The notes beneath the pieces were generated by a model. The model did not search any database and was not told the origin of the DNA. It saw only the letters and a program-made list of their open reading frames with translations. Position numbers and translations under genes: made by a program. From Candidatus Omnitrophota bacterium (GTDB lineage: Bacteria > Omnitrophota > Gorgyraeia > Gygaellales > Profunditerraquicolaceae), in the NCBI GenBank assembly GCA_041650835.1, contig JBAZKL010000002.1, positions 142,477 through 206,476 on the forward strand: a DNA stretch of 64,000 nucleotides. Direction: 5' to 3'. Below are positions 47,364-56,817 of the stretch, one piece after another (the first letter of the stretch is position 1; the number at the start of each line of letters is the position of its first letter).

Positions 47364-48239
47364 ATGTTCAAAGGTTCGATGGTGGCTATAGTGACGCCGT
47401 TTAAAAACGGAAAAATAGATGAAAAAAAATTAAGGGAGCTGGTGGCTTTTCATATAAAGAATAAGACCTCCGCGCTTGTGCCGTGCGGTACAACAGGTGA
47501 ATCGGCGACACTATCATGGGCTGAACATGAGCGGGTCATCGAGGTCGTGATCGAATCCGCCGGGAAAATGATCCCCGTTATAGCGGGAACCGGTTCCAAT
47601 TCGACTGAAGAAGCGGTCATGCTTACCAAACAGGCCGCGAAATCAGGGGCTGACGCGACCCTTCATGTGGCTCCCTATTATAACCGGCCTACCCAAAAAG
47701 GCCTGTACCTGCATTTTAAAGCCGTTGCGGAATGCGCGGATATCCCGGTTATTTTGTATAATATCGCTTCCCGCACGGGAGTCAATATTGAACCGGAAAC
47801 GATCGCGAAATTGGCCCAGGATTGCAAAAATATCGTCGCGGTCAAAGAAGCTTCCGGCAATCTCGAGCAGATGGCACGTATTAAGCAGCTCTGCGGCGCC
47901 TCATTTGATGTCATATCCGGCGATGACGCGTTGACTTTGCCGCTTTTATCGATCGGCGGAACAGGAGTGATTTCAGTCGTCGCTAACATCGTGCCTAAAG
48001 AGGTAGCGAACCTGGTAAACGAATTTGAAAAAGGCAATATCAAAAGAGCTCAGGAGATCCATTACAAACTCCTGCCGTTAATCAAAGCCATGTTTATTGA
48101 AACAAATCCGATCCCGGTAAAGACGGCAATGGGCCTTTTAGGCTTATGCGGCCCTGACTTACGGTTACCTATGTGCGCGATGTCGCCTGATAATCTGGAA
48201 AAACTGAAAAAAGCCTTAAAAGACTACGGCTTATTATAA
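47364..48239 (+). CDS. dapA: 4-hydroxy-tetrahydrodipicolinate synthase
   Basis: GSMVAIVTPF, PCGTTGES, AVKEASGN (Schiff-base Lys) motifs. Confidence 0.85.
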   Translation: MFKGSMVAIVTPFKNGKIDEKKLRELVAFHIKNKTSALVPCGTTGESATLSWAEHERVIEVVIESAGKMIPVIAGTGSNSTEEAVMLTKQAAKSGADATLHVAPYYNRPTQKGLYLHFKAVAECADIPVILYNIASRTGVNIEPETIAKLAQDCKNIVAVKEASGNLEQMARIKQLCGASFDVISGDDALTLPLLSIGGTGVISVVANIVPKEVANLVNEFEKGNIKRAQEIHYKLLPLIKAMFIETNPIPVKTAMGLLGLCGPDLRLPMCAMSPDNLEKLKKALKDYGLL

Positions 48240-48283
48240 CTGCCGGTAACTTATTGCTCGTTACTGCTTATGGAGGCACCATG

Positions 48284-48994
48284 ATAAAATTAGGAATAGC
48301 CGGGGTCTGCGGAAAAATGGGCAGGCGTATATTTGATCTAGCCCAGCACGATAAAAATTTCGAAATAAGCCTTGCTTTGGAAAGAAAGGGGATACCGGAA
48401 ATAGGAAAAGAAGCCGGTAAGCTCAAGATCTCTTCCAGCCCGGACGGTATATTTTTGATCGATGTTTTGATCGATTTTACCGTCCCTGAAGCAAGTATCA
48501 ATCTTCTCGATTACGCGGCTAAATACCGTAAGGCGCTTGTTTTAGGGACGACCGGTTTTAGCGTGGAACAGGTTCAGAAAATAGAGGAGATCGCGCGCGT
48601 GATCCCCGTGGTATTCTCACCGAACATGTCTGTAGGAGTTAACGTGTTATTTTGCATGCTTCCTGAGATCGCCAAACGACTGGGTGCGGATTATACTATT
48701 GAGATAGTAGAGGCTCACCATAAGTGGAAAAAAGATGCGCCTTCGGGAACGGCAAAAAAAATGATGCAGGTATTAAAAGACGCATCCGGCAGAGAGATCC
48801 CCGCGCATTCCATTCGTTTAGGGGATATTATCGGAGACCATACCGTGATCTTTTGCGGCAATTCAGAACGCATTGAAATTAAACATCAGGCGCACACGCG
48901 GGACCTTTTTGTTTTAGGAGCGCTGAGAGCCGCTGCCTGGATCGCGGGGAAACCGGCGGGGTTGTACTCGATGCAGGATGTCCTGCTCAAGTAA
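48284..48994 (+). CDS. dapB: 4-hydroxy-tetrahydrodipicolinate reductase
   Basis: IKLGIAGVCGKMGRRI, VIDFTVPEA, EAHHKWKKDAPSGTA motifs. Internal ATG chosen over the 48254 ORF start. Confidence 0.8.
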   Translation: MKLGIAGVCGKMGRRIFDLAQHDKNFEISLALERKGIPEIGKEAGKLKISSSPDGIFLIDVLIDFTVPEASINLLDYAAKYRKALVLGTTGFSVEQVQKIEEIARVIPVVFSPNMSVGVNVLFCMLPEIAKRLGADYTIEIVEAHHKWKKDAPSGTAKKMMQVLKDASGREIPAHSIRLGDIIGDHTVIFCGNSERIEIKHQAHTRDLFVLGALRAAAWIAGKPAGLYSMQDVLLK

Positions 48995-49016
48995 TTTCAC
49001 GGATAAGGAGTTTGTT

Positions 49017-50051
49017 ATGGACGAGCAATTACTGAAAAAAATCATTAATTCCGCGGGAGTTTCCGGCTATGAAAAAGAAACCGCCGCGATCATGCAGGAT
49101 GAACTTAAGAAGAGCTGTCGGGATGTGCGCATAGACTTGTTCGGTAATGTGATCGCCCGAAAAGGCAAGGGGACAAAAAAGATCATGCTAGCTGCGCATA
49201 TGGATGAGATCGGACTCGTCGTAAAGCATATCGCTAAAGACGGCTATTTAAGCTTCATAAAGATCGGAGGCATCGACGACAAGGTCCTCGTCGGGCAGCG
49301 GGTTATCGTTAAATCTAAAAAAGGGGATTGTTTCGGCATAATCGGCATTAAACCTCCTCATTTGACCAAGGAAGAAGAAAAGAACAAACCGATGAAATAC
49401 GAAGACATGTTCATTGACATCGGCTGTTCCACTAAAGAAGACGCCGAAAAGAAAGTTGCGGTCGCCGACGCGGTGATCTTTGAACCGAACGCGGGTGTCT
49501 TAAACGGGAAATTGTTTTACGGTAAGGCTATCGACAACCGTATCGGCTGTTATTGCCTGCTCAAGATCATGGAAAAATTAAAAGTGGACGCAGAGGTGTT
49601 CGCGGTCGCAACTACCCAGGAAGAAGTAGGCTTAAAAGGAGCGCGGACCGCCTCATTTAAACTTGACCCCGATTTTGCGATCGCGATCGACACGACCTGC
49701 GCGGGAGATACGCCTCATATCCGGGAAAGGGAGTCTTCGTTAAAATTGGGAGGCGGTGCCGCTATTACGATCATGGAAGCCGGAGGTCGGGGAATAATCG
49801 TATCTGAAAAGATCCGGGACTTATTCATTGAAACCGCGAAAAAGAGTAAAATAAAATACCAGGTCGATATCCTGGAAGGCGGAATGACCGACGGCGCAAT
49901 GATCTATATGAACCGTGAAGGAGTTTTGACCGGCGTTTTAAGCATCCCTACCCGGTATGTTCATTCTCCTACGGGGGTGTTCCATACGGATGACGCGCAG
50001 GCAGTGATCGACTTATGCGTCAAAGTTGTCGAGAATTTTGTTAAAAGTTAA
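49017..50051 (+). CDS. M42 family metallopeptidase (glutamyl aminopeptidase / FrvX-like)
   Basis: GVSGYE, AAHMDEIGLVVKHI, DNRIGCY, AVATTQEEVGLKGA blocks. Start chosen at MDEQLL. Confidence 0.7.
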   Translation: MDEQLLKKIINSAGVSGYEKETAAIMQDELKKSCRDVRIDLFGNVIARKGKGTKKIMLAAHMDEIGLVVKHIAKDGYLSFIKIGGIDDKVLVGQRVIVKSKKGDCFGIIGIKPPHLTKEEEKNKPMKYEDMFIDIGCSTKEDAEKKVAVADAVIFEPNAGVLNGKLFYGKAIDNRIGCYCLLKIMEKLKVDAEVFAVATTQEEVGLKGARTASFKLDPDFAIAIDTTCAGDTPHIRERESSLKLGGGAAITIMEAGGRGIIVSEKIRDLFIETAKKSKIKYQVDILEGGMTDGAMIYMNREGVLTGVLSIPTRYVHSPTGVFHTDDAQAVIDLCVKVVENFVKS

Positions 50052-50081
50052 GGCTTGACGGGGCGAACGAAGGGGGCTTGA

Positions 50082-51242
50082 ATGGAATTTGAAATATCAA
50101 AACGACTGACTCAATTACCTGCGTACCTTTTCCTTGAAATTGATAAGGCCAAACGGCTCGCTCGGCAGGAAGGAAGGGATGTAATCGACTTAGGGATCGG
50201 TGATCCCGATCAGCCTACGCCCAAATTCATCATCAAAGCGTTGTACAAAGCGGCCCAGGACCCGGTGAACCACCGCTACGCCCTTGACCAGGGTATGCCG
50301 GCGCTGCGCCAAGCGATCGGTAAATGGTATAAAACTCGCTTTAAAGTTTCACTTGAGCCGGACAGCGAAATATTACCGCTTATCGGCTCTAAAGAAGGGA
50401 TCGCTCATTTTCCTTTGGCATTCTTGAACCAGGGCGATTATTCTTTAGTGCCTGACCCCTGTTATCCCCCGTATAAAGGCGGCACCATTTTCGCGGGAGG
50501 AAAGCCCTATTTGCTCCCGCTCCTTGAACAGAACGGCTTCTTGTTTGATCTAAAGAAAATTCCCGCGACTATCAGGAAAAAAGCAAAGTTACTGTATATG
50601 AATTATCCCAATAATCCTACCGGCGCTACGGGTGAAGCCGATTTCTACAAAAAAGTAGTTGATTTCGCCCATAAACATAAGATCATTGTTATTTCCGACC
50701 TCGCTTACTCAGAGATCGCCTATGACGGATATAAACCCAAGAGTTTCCTTGAAATAGACGGCGCGCGTGAAGTCGGCATAGAATTCCATTCGCTTTCTAA
50801 AACCTGCAATATGACCGGCTGGCGTATCGGCTGGGCCTGCGGCAATAAGAAACTCGTCGGTGCTTTAGCTAAAGTTAAATCTAATATTGATTCAGGGATA
50901 TTTTCCGCGATCCAGGTTGCCGGAGTAATAGCGCTGGAAGGCCTCAATGAACATATTGAACATATGTGCCAGTTGTACCAGGCCCGCAGGGATATACTCG
51001 TATCAGGATTGGCCGGGTTAGGCTGGGAGCTCAAGAAACCGCGCGCTACATTTTATCTGTGGGCTAAAATACCCGGAAAAAACAAATCAATCGATTTCGC
51101 GCAAGACATCCTGAAAAAAACCGATATTGTGGCCACTCCCGGAGTAGGTTTCGGACAATACGGAGAAGGATATATCCGCTTCGCGCTTACCGTAAATAAA
51201 GAACGGATGAAAGAAGCGGTGGAAAGGTTAAAGTCACTATGA
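50082..51242 (+). CDS. dapL: LL-diaminopimelate aminotransferase-type class I aminotransferase (DapL pathway)
   Basis: N-terminal RLTQLPAYLFLEIDKAKR...DVIDLGIGDPDQPTP matches the DapL family start. SKTCNMTGWRIGWA carries the PLP-Lys. The cluster holds dapA, dapB, dapF and lysA but no dapD, dapC or dapE. Confidence 0.55.
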   Translation: MEFEISKRLTQLPAYLFLEIDKAKRLARQEGRDVIDLGIGDPDQPTPKFIIKALYKAAQDPVNHRYALDQGMPALRQAIGKWYKTRFKVSLEPDSEILPLIGSKEGIAHFPLAFLNQGDYSLVPDPCYPPYKGGTIFAGGKPYLLPLLEQNGFLFDLKKIPATIRKKAKLLYMNYPNNPTGATGEADFYKKVVDFAHKHKIIVISDLAYSEIAYDGYKPKSFLEIDGAREVGIEFHSLSKTCNMTGWRIGWACGNKKLVGALAKVKSNIDSGIFSAIQVAGVIALEGLNEHIEHMCQLYQARRDILVSGLAGLGWELKKPRATFYLWAKIPGKNKSIDFAQDILKKTDIVATPGVGFGQYGEGYIRFALTVNKERMKEAVERLKSL

Positions 51243-51820
51243 TACGCTGCTATATCGGCATAGGATCTAATCTCGGTGACCGATTGTATAATATTCAGTC
51301 CGCGGTCAAAAAGGTCATGATGCTCGACTTTACCCGCGTGAGAAAGCTCTCGACCATTATTACCAGCCCTCCCCAGGGAGGGCCTTTAGGGCAAGGACCT
51401 TATTTGAATGCGGTATTAGAGATAGATACGCAACTTACGCCGTATCGGCTTTTACAGGAGCTTCAAAAAGTAGAATCATCACTCGGCAGGATCCGCACGG
51501 TTAAAGACGCGCCCCGGATCATTGATCTGGATATCCTTACCTATGGCGATGTTTGCATGAATGAAGAAGCGCTCTGTATCCCCCATCCCAGAATTCCGGA
51601 AAGGGATTTTGTCTTGATACCGTTACGGGAGATCGCCCCTGTTGAAGTCATGGATTTTATCAATCGCCCCAATCTGCCCCGGAAATCAAGAAAGAAAACG
51701 CTTAAATCGCCGGTTAAGAAAGTTAAAAAGAAAAAACAGGTAAAAAGTAAAAAGGTGGCGCCGTCACGCAAGGCAAAACCGAAGAAAAAACTAAAGCATA
51801 AAGCCCAAAAAAGGTCTTAA
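51239..51820 (+). CDS. folK: 2-amino-4-hydroxy-6-hydroxymethyldihydropteridine pyrophosphokinase with a roughly 45-aa lysine-rich C-terminal tail
   Basis: YIGIGSNLGDR, IDLDILTYGD HPPK blocks. The tail reads KSRKKTLKSPVKKVKKKKQVKSKKVAPSRKAKPKKKLKHKAQKRS. Confidence 0.8.
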   Translation: MIRCYIGIGSNLGDRLYNIQSAVKKVMMLDFTRVRKLSTIITSPPQGGPLGQGPYLNAVLEIDTQLTPYRLLQELQKVESSLGRIRTVKDAPRIIDLDILTYGDVCMNEEALCIPHPRIPERDFVLIPLREIAPVEVMDFINRPNLPRKSRKKTLKSPVKKVKKKKQVKSKKVAPSRKAKPKKKLKHKAQKRS

Positions 51821-51824
51821 GCTT

Positions 51825-52685
51825 ATGAAAATCGTTCGCAGGCCGCAGACGCTGCAGAAGATACTTTTTGAGTTAAAAAGAAAAAACAAACCCATTGGCT
51901 TTGTTCCGACGATGGGAGCGCTGCACGCGGGCCACTTAAGCCTCATGCAGGCGGCGCGAAAAGAAAACTCGATCCTGGTCGTCAGTATTTTTGTAAATCC
52001 ATCGCAATTCGGCCCGCATGAAGATTTAAAACGTTACCCGCGGCCGTTAAAGCGGGACCTGGCGCTTTGCCGGGCATCCGGAGTTGATTTTGTTTTCTTA
52101 CCTTCCCCCGATGATATCTATCCTAAAGGCTTTTCAACGTATGTTACCGTGGAAGGGTTAAGCGGCCTTCTGTGCGGTAAATCGCGCCAAAACCATTTTC
52201 GCGGGGTCTCAACCATTGTGGCAAAACTCTTCAATATTGTTTGTCCCACGAGCGCTTACTTTGGCCAAAAAGATGCCCAGCAGGCAGCCATTATAAAACG
52301 AATGATAATAGATTTAAATATTCCCGTCAAGCTTAAGGTCCTGCCGATCGTCAGAGAAACAGGAGGATTGGCCTTAAGCTCCCGGAATATATATTTGAAT
52401 CATGCCGAGAGAGAAGACGCGCTTGTTCTAAGCCAATCGCTTGATATGGCGAAACAGGCAGTCCAAAAAGGGCAGAAAAACTCAAGCTACATTGTTAACC
52501 GGGTAAAAAAATTCATACAAAATAAAGGGACCGTTCGCATCGATTATGCCGAGGTCGTTGATCCGGAGGATCTTTTACCGGTAAAAAACATCACTCACCC
52601 CAGCCTGTTAGCTGTGGCAGCCACGATCGGAAAGACCCGATTGATCGATAACACGGTATTAAAGCCCAAAAAAGGGACTTTTTAA
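51825..52685 (+). CDS. panC: Pantoate--beta-alanine ligase
   Basis: GFVPTMGALHAGHLSLM, FGQKDAQQ motifs. Confidence 0.85.
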   Translation: MKIVRRPQTLQKILFELKRKNKPIGFVPTMGALHAGHLSLMQAARKENSILVVSIFVNPSQFGPHEDLKRYPRPLKRDLALCRASGVDFVFLPSPDDIYPKGFSTYVTVEGLSGLLCGKSRQNHFRGVSTIVAKLFNIVCPTSAYFGQKDAQQAAIIKRMIIDLNIPVKLKVLPIVRETGGLALSSRNIYLNHAEREDALVLSQSLDMAKQAVQKGQKNSSYIVNRVKKFIQNKGTVRIDYAEVVDPEDLLPVKNITHPSLLAVAATIGKTRLIDNTVLKPKKGTF

Positions 52686-52687
52686 GA

Positions 52688-53512
52688 ATGAAAAAGAAGA
52701 TAACCATCGGTATAGTCGGCTGCGGCGCTATCGGCACATCATTGGCTCTGTCAATAACCAGGGATTTTAGCCGGGAAATGCGCGTATCCGCGGTTTATGA
52801 TACCGATACCGCCAAAAAAGATCTTCTGTCAAAAACAATTTCCATGAAAAAACGGCTCAGCGCTCGCAGCCTCACCGATCTGATCGATAAGTCTGATCTG
52901 GTCATTGAAGCTTCATCCGCCCGTTGCTCCTGGGATATAGCGCAAAAAGTTTTAAAGCGCGGCCGTGATATTATGATCATGAGTATTGGCGGGGTACTCC
53001 CGTACTATAAGGAATTAAGCGCTTTGGCGAAGAAATACGCGCGCAAGGTTTATTTGCCCAGCGGAGCGCTTTCCGGCATTGACGGGATCAAAGCTTCTTC
53101 CGGAGCAAGGATCCTTTCGGTTACCCTCACAACGACCAAACATCCGTTATCGTTCACCGGAAACGCGTATGTGGAGGATTCCGGAATTGACCTGAAAAAG
53201 ATAAAAAAAGACACGGTGCTTTTTTCCGGTAACGCTCAAAGCGCGGTAAAATATTTTCCTCAAAATATCAACGTCGCCGCTATCGTCAGTATCGCAGGCA
53301 TCGGCCCCTATAGGACAAAAGTGCGTATTGTCGCTTCGCCTGCTTCGAAAAGAAACATTCATGAGGTCGCTGTTGAGTCCGCGGCGGGAAAGATCCTGGC
53401 GCGCACGGAGAACCTGCTTCACCCGGATAATCCTAAAACAAGCTATTTAGCGGTGCTCTCGGCGTATGCCGCTTTAAAACAGATCATTGACCCGGTGAAA
53501 ATCGGGACATAA
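52688..53512 (+). CDS. nadX: L-aspartate dehydrogenase
   Basis: IGIVGCGAIG N-terminus. C-terminal blocks FPQNINVAA, NIHEV, HPDNPKTS match Thermotoga-type NadX. Confidence 0.7.
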   Translation: MKKKITIGIVGCGAIGTSLALSITRDFSREMRVSAVYDTDTAKKDLLSKTISMKKRLSARSLTDLIDKSDLVIEASSARCSWDIAQKVLKRGRDIMIMSIGGVLPYYKELSALAKKYARKVYLPSGALSGIDGIKASSGARILSVTLTTTKHPLSFTGNAYVEDSGIDLKKIKKDTVLFSGNAQSAVKYFPQNINVAAIVSIAGIGPYRTKVRIVASPASKRNIHEVAVESAAGKILARTENLLHPDNPKTSYLAVLSAYAALKQIIDPVKIGT

Positions 53513-53514
53513 TT

Positions 53515-53545
53515 TCATGCCTCGTTCAAGGTCCGGGAGGCATGA
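53515..53545 (+). terminator. Hairpin directly after nadX (9-bp stem, weak T tract)
   Basis: tcatgcctc-(N13)-gaggcatga immediately 3' of the stop codon. Confidence 0.35.
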
Positions 53546-53584
53546 ATGATTCAAAATAAAAAAAAGAAGGGAGGTGAAAATAAT

Positions 53585-53830
53585 ATGGCAGAAAAAGTCG
53601 CAAAGGTCGGTATCAAAAGAGAAAAAGGCTACCTTTACTACGTCGATAAGCAGGGTGACGTTTCTTGCGCTAAAATGGCAAGAGGCAAAGAAAAGGGAGG
53701 AAAGCCTAAGAAAGTCTCGAAATGCGGTATCAAAAGAAAAGAAGGATACCTTTATTTCGTTGATAAGCAAGGCGATGTTTCTTGCGCCAAAATGAAAAGA
53801 GGCGGCAAGAAGAAATCAAAGAAGAAATAA
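53585..53830 (+). CDS. Small (81 aa) lysine-rich protein made of two tandem copies of a roughly 35-aa module
   Basis: MAEKVAKVGIKREKGYLYYVDKQGDVSCAKMARGKEKGGKPKKVSKCGIKRKEGYLYFVDKQGDVSCAKMKRGGKKKSKKK. Strong RBS GGGAGGTG 7 nt upstream of the ATG at 53585. The two modules are 80% identical. Confidence 0.5.
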   Translation: MAEKVAKVGIKREKGYLYYVDKQGDVSCAKMARGKEKGGKPKKVSKCGIKRKEGYLYFVDKQGDVSCAKMKRGGKKKSKKK

Positions 53831-53840
53831 TTGTCAGGCG

Positions 53841-53897
53841 ATACTGCCCTCTAACAAATGAATAATGTTAATTATTATCATAGTTAGAGGGCAGTAT
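53841..53897. promoter_or_regulatory. Perfect 15-bp inverted repeat (atactgccctctaac / gttagagggcagtat) with a 27-nt AT-rich loop, between the small protein gene and uvrA
   Basis: Arms at 53841-53855 and 53883-53897 are exact reverse complements. No downstream U-tract, so operator or processing hairpin is more likely than an intrinsic terminator. Confidence 0.5.
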
Positions 53898-53937
53898 TGT
53901 TAAAGGCGCTTTTGGAATATCACCAGGCGGTAACTCA

Positions 53938-56772
53938 ATGGACACGAATAACAGCCAACCGAATATCGTAATCCGGGGAGCTAAGGAGCATAATTTAAAG
54001 AATATCGACCTTGTGCTTCCGCGCAATAAACTGATCATTGTCACCGGTTTATCCGGCTCCGGAAAATCGAGCCTTGCCTTTGATACTATTTACGCGGAAG
54101 GCCAGCGCCGCTATGTCGAGAGCCTCTCAAGCTATGCCCGCCAGTTCCTGGAGCAACTGCAAAAACCCGATGTTGAATATATCGAAGGTTTGTCCCCGGC
54201 CATATCCATTGAACAGCGCACTGCCGGAGGAAACCCGCGTTCAACAGTGGGGACCCAAACCGAGATCTACGATTATCTGCGCTTGCTTTTTGCGCGGGTA
54301 GGAACGGTCACCTGTAGCCGGTGCGGGCAACCAATAGAAAAACAGTCTTCGCAGGAAATAGTAGAACGCATCCTTAATCAGTTTAACGGCCGCTCAATAC
54401 ATATCCTTGCCCCTCTGGTTAAAGGTAAAAAGGGCGAATATAAGGACATTGCCGCCCAGATCCAGAAAGCGGGTTTCATCCGCTGCCGCATCGACGCAGT
54501 CACGTATGAATTGCCCGCAAAGATCAAACTCGAGAAATATAAGATCCATACTATTGAAATCGTAGTCGACCGCCTGAGTATTAAGCCTGAAATTAAAACG
54601 CGGCTCACTGATTCTATAGAGACCGCCCTGAGAGTGGGAAAAGGCCTGGTCATAATACATGAATCAGGCGCTGATGCGAATAAACAAAAGAAACAACCGG
54701 AAGATCTGCTTTTGAGCGAACAATATTCCTGCGCGCGTTGCGGGATCGATATCCCTGAAGTTGAGCCGCGCATTTTTTCTTTTAATTCTCCTTACGGGGC
54801 ATGCCCTGAATGCCATGGGTTGGGCATCAAGCTGGAATTTGACATTGACCTGCTGATCCCTGATAAGAAAAAATCGATCAATGAAGGCGCGATCGAAGCT
54901 TGGAAAAGGGGCGGAAAAGGATATATTCTGTATTACCGCTGGCTGTTACGCGAATTATCCAGGCAGATGAAGTTCAGCCTCGATACCCCTTTTAAGAAGC
55001 TCAGTAAACAGGTGCAAAAAGCTATTTTGTTCGGGACTGACATTATTGCCGGCAATAAGCCGTTTGAAGGCATCGTGCCGCACCTCGAACGCTTATTTAA
55101 CCAGACAGACAGCGATTACTTGAAAGAGGAAATTTCCCGTTTTATGTCCAGCCTCCCCTGCCCCTATTGCAAGGGCGCCCGGCTGAAAAAAGAAAGCCTT
55201 GCGGTCTATATAGCGGGTAAAAATATCTGGGATGTCACGCGCATGTCTATCAGCGATTGTTACGCTTTCTTTTTAAATTTACGTTTAACGGAAAAACAAA
55301 AGCTTATCAGCCATCAGGTGATCAAAGAGATCACGCAAAGGCTGAAATTTTGTATAGATGTAGGATTGGATTACCTGACACTCGAGAGAAAGAACGCCAC
55401 GCTTTCCGGCGGGGAAGCGCAGCGGGTGCGCCTGGCAACTCAGGTCGGTTCAGGTTTGGTAGGAGTCCTGTATATTCTTGATGAACCAAGCATAGGCCTG
55501 CATCCCCGGGATACCGCGCGGCTTATTTCGACGCTTACAACCCTGCGAGACCTGGGCAATACGGTGATCGTGGTCGAACACGAAGAATCAACTATCAGAG
55601 CGGCTGATTTCATCGTTGACCTGGGGCCAGGCGCGGGCAGGCACGGCGGAGAAATCATGTTTGCCGGGACAATGGATGAATTATTGTCCGGCTCACAAAC
55701 ATTAACCGCGAAATATTTAAGAAAAGAATTAAATATTCTCCCCCCCAAGGTCCGCCGGCCCTGGCAAAAACCGAAATGCCTTGAGATCACCGGCGCGCGA
55801 GAGAACAACTTAAAGAGCATTACGGTACAGTTCCCTTTTGGGCTTTTTAGTTGCGTGACCGGCGTGTCCGGATCAGGCAAGTCGACTTTGATAAATGAGA
55901 TACTGTATAAAGGTTTAGCGAAATCTTTATACGCCTCCAAGGATAAACCGGGACTGCACGATTCGATCAAAGGCGTTGAATACCTGGATAAAGTGATCAT
56001 GGTCGACCAGTCCCCCATCGGCAGGACGCCCCGGTCGAACCCGGCGACATATACGGGGATATTCAGCCATATCCGCGACATATTTTCCAGCCTTCCTGAA
56101 GCGCGCCTGCGGGGATACCGCCCGGGGAGGTTTTCATTTAATGTAAAAGGCGGCCGTTGTGAATCTTGCTCCGGAGACGGTACTAAAAAAATAGAAATGC
56201 ATTTCTTACCCGATATCTACGTTAAATGCGATGTTTGTAAAGGAAGGCGTTTTAATGACGCGACTTTAGAAGTAAAATATAAAGGCAAATCCATAGCCGA
56301 TGTCCTGGAGATGACGGTAGAGGAGGGGTTAGCGTTATTTACCAATATCCCGAAGATCCAAGAAACGCTGGCGACCTTATATGACGTCGGCCTCGGGTAT
56401 ATCGAACTCGGACAGGCTGCTACCACCCTTTCAGGCGGCGAAGCCCAGCGCGTCAAGCTTTCTTCCGAGCTCAGCCGGCGTTCAACCGGCAAAACGCTTT
56501 ATATATTAGATGAGCCCACTACCGGGTTGCATTTCGCTGATGTAGAGAAGCTCATAGGCGTGTTACAAAAATTAGTCGATAAAGGCAATACCGTGATCGT
56601 GATCGAACATAATCTTGAAGTAATAAAATGCGCTGATTATATTATTGACTTGGGCCCGGAAGGGGGGCAAAAGGGCGGAGAGATTGTTGCCCGGGGTACT
56701 CCTGAAGAAGTCATGGCCCAGCCTGATTCTTTTACCGCCCAATACTTAAAAAAGGCATTGAAGAGCAGGTGA
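53938..56772 (+). CDS. uvrA: Excinuclease ABC subunit A
   Basis: GLSGSGKSSLAFDTIYAEGQRRY, two ABC modules, zinc-finger Cys clusters, 944 aa. Confidence 0.9.
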   Translation: MDTNNSQPNIVIRGAKEHNLKNIDLVLPRNKLIIVTGLSGSGKSSLAFDTIYAEGQRRYVESLSSYARQFLEQLQKPDVEYIEGLSPAISIEQRTAGGNPRSTVGTQTEIYDYLRLLFARVGTVTCSRCGQPIEKQSSQEIVERILNQFNGRSIHILAPLVKGKKGEYKDIAAQIQKAGFIRCRIDAVTYELPAKIKLEKYKIHTIEIVVDRLSIKPEIKTRLTDSIETALRVGKGLVIIHESGADANKQKKQPEDLLLSEQYSCARCGIDIPEVEPRIFSFNSPYGACPECHGLGIKLEFDIDLLIPDKKKSINEGAIEAWKRGGKGYILYYRWLLRELSRQMKFSLDTPFKKLSKQVQKAILFGTDIIAGNKPFEGIVPHLERLFNQTDSDYLKEEISRFMSSLPCPYCKGARLKKESLAVYIAGKNIWDVTRMSISDCYAFFLNLRLTEKQKLISHQVIKEITQRLKFCIDVGLDYLTLERKNATLSGGEAQRVRLATQVGSGLVGVLYILDEPSIGLHPRDTARLISTLTTLRDLGNTVIVVEHEESTIRAADFIVDLGPGAGRHGGEIMFAGTMDELLSGSQTLTAKYLRKELNILPPKVRRPWQKPKCLEITGARENNLKSITVQFPFGLFSCVTGVSGSGKSTLINEILYKGLAKSLYASKDKPGLHDSIKGVEYLDKVIMVDQSPIGRTPRSNPATYTGIFSHIRDIFSSLPEARLRGYRPGRFSFNVKGGRCESCSGDGTKKIEMHFLPDIYVKCDVCKGRRFNDATLEVKYKGKSIADVLEMTVEEGLALFTNIPKIQETLATLYDVGLGYIELGQAATTLSGGEAQRVKLSSELSRRSTGKTLYILDEPTTGLHFADVEKLIGVLQKLVDKGNTVIVIEHNLEVIKCADYIIDLGPEGGQKGGEIVARGTPEEVMAQPDSFTAQYLKKALKSR

Positions 56773-56817
56773 GGGAGTGTTATAGTAACACGCATACTGT
56801 CTCAGGTTTCAGGCCGC

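Noticed and set aside
53474-53795. Alternative frames over the lysine-rich small gene (98-aa minus ORF and 73-aa + ORF)
   Set aside because: AAG/GAA-rich low-complexity DNA gives open frames in several phases. Only the 53585 frame has a strong SD and the duplicated-module structure.
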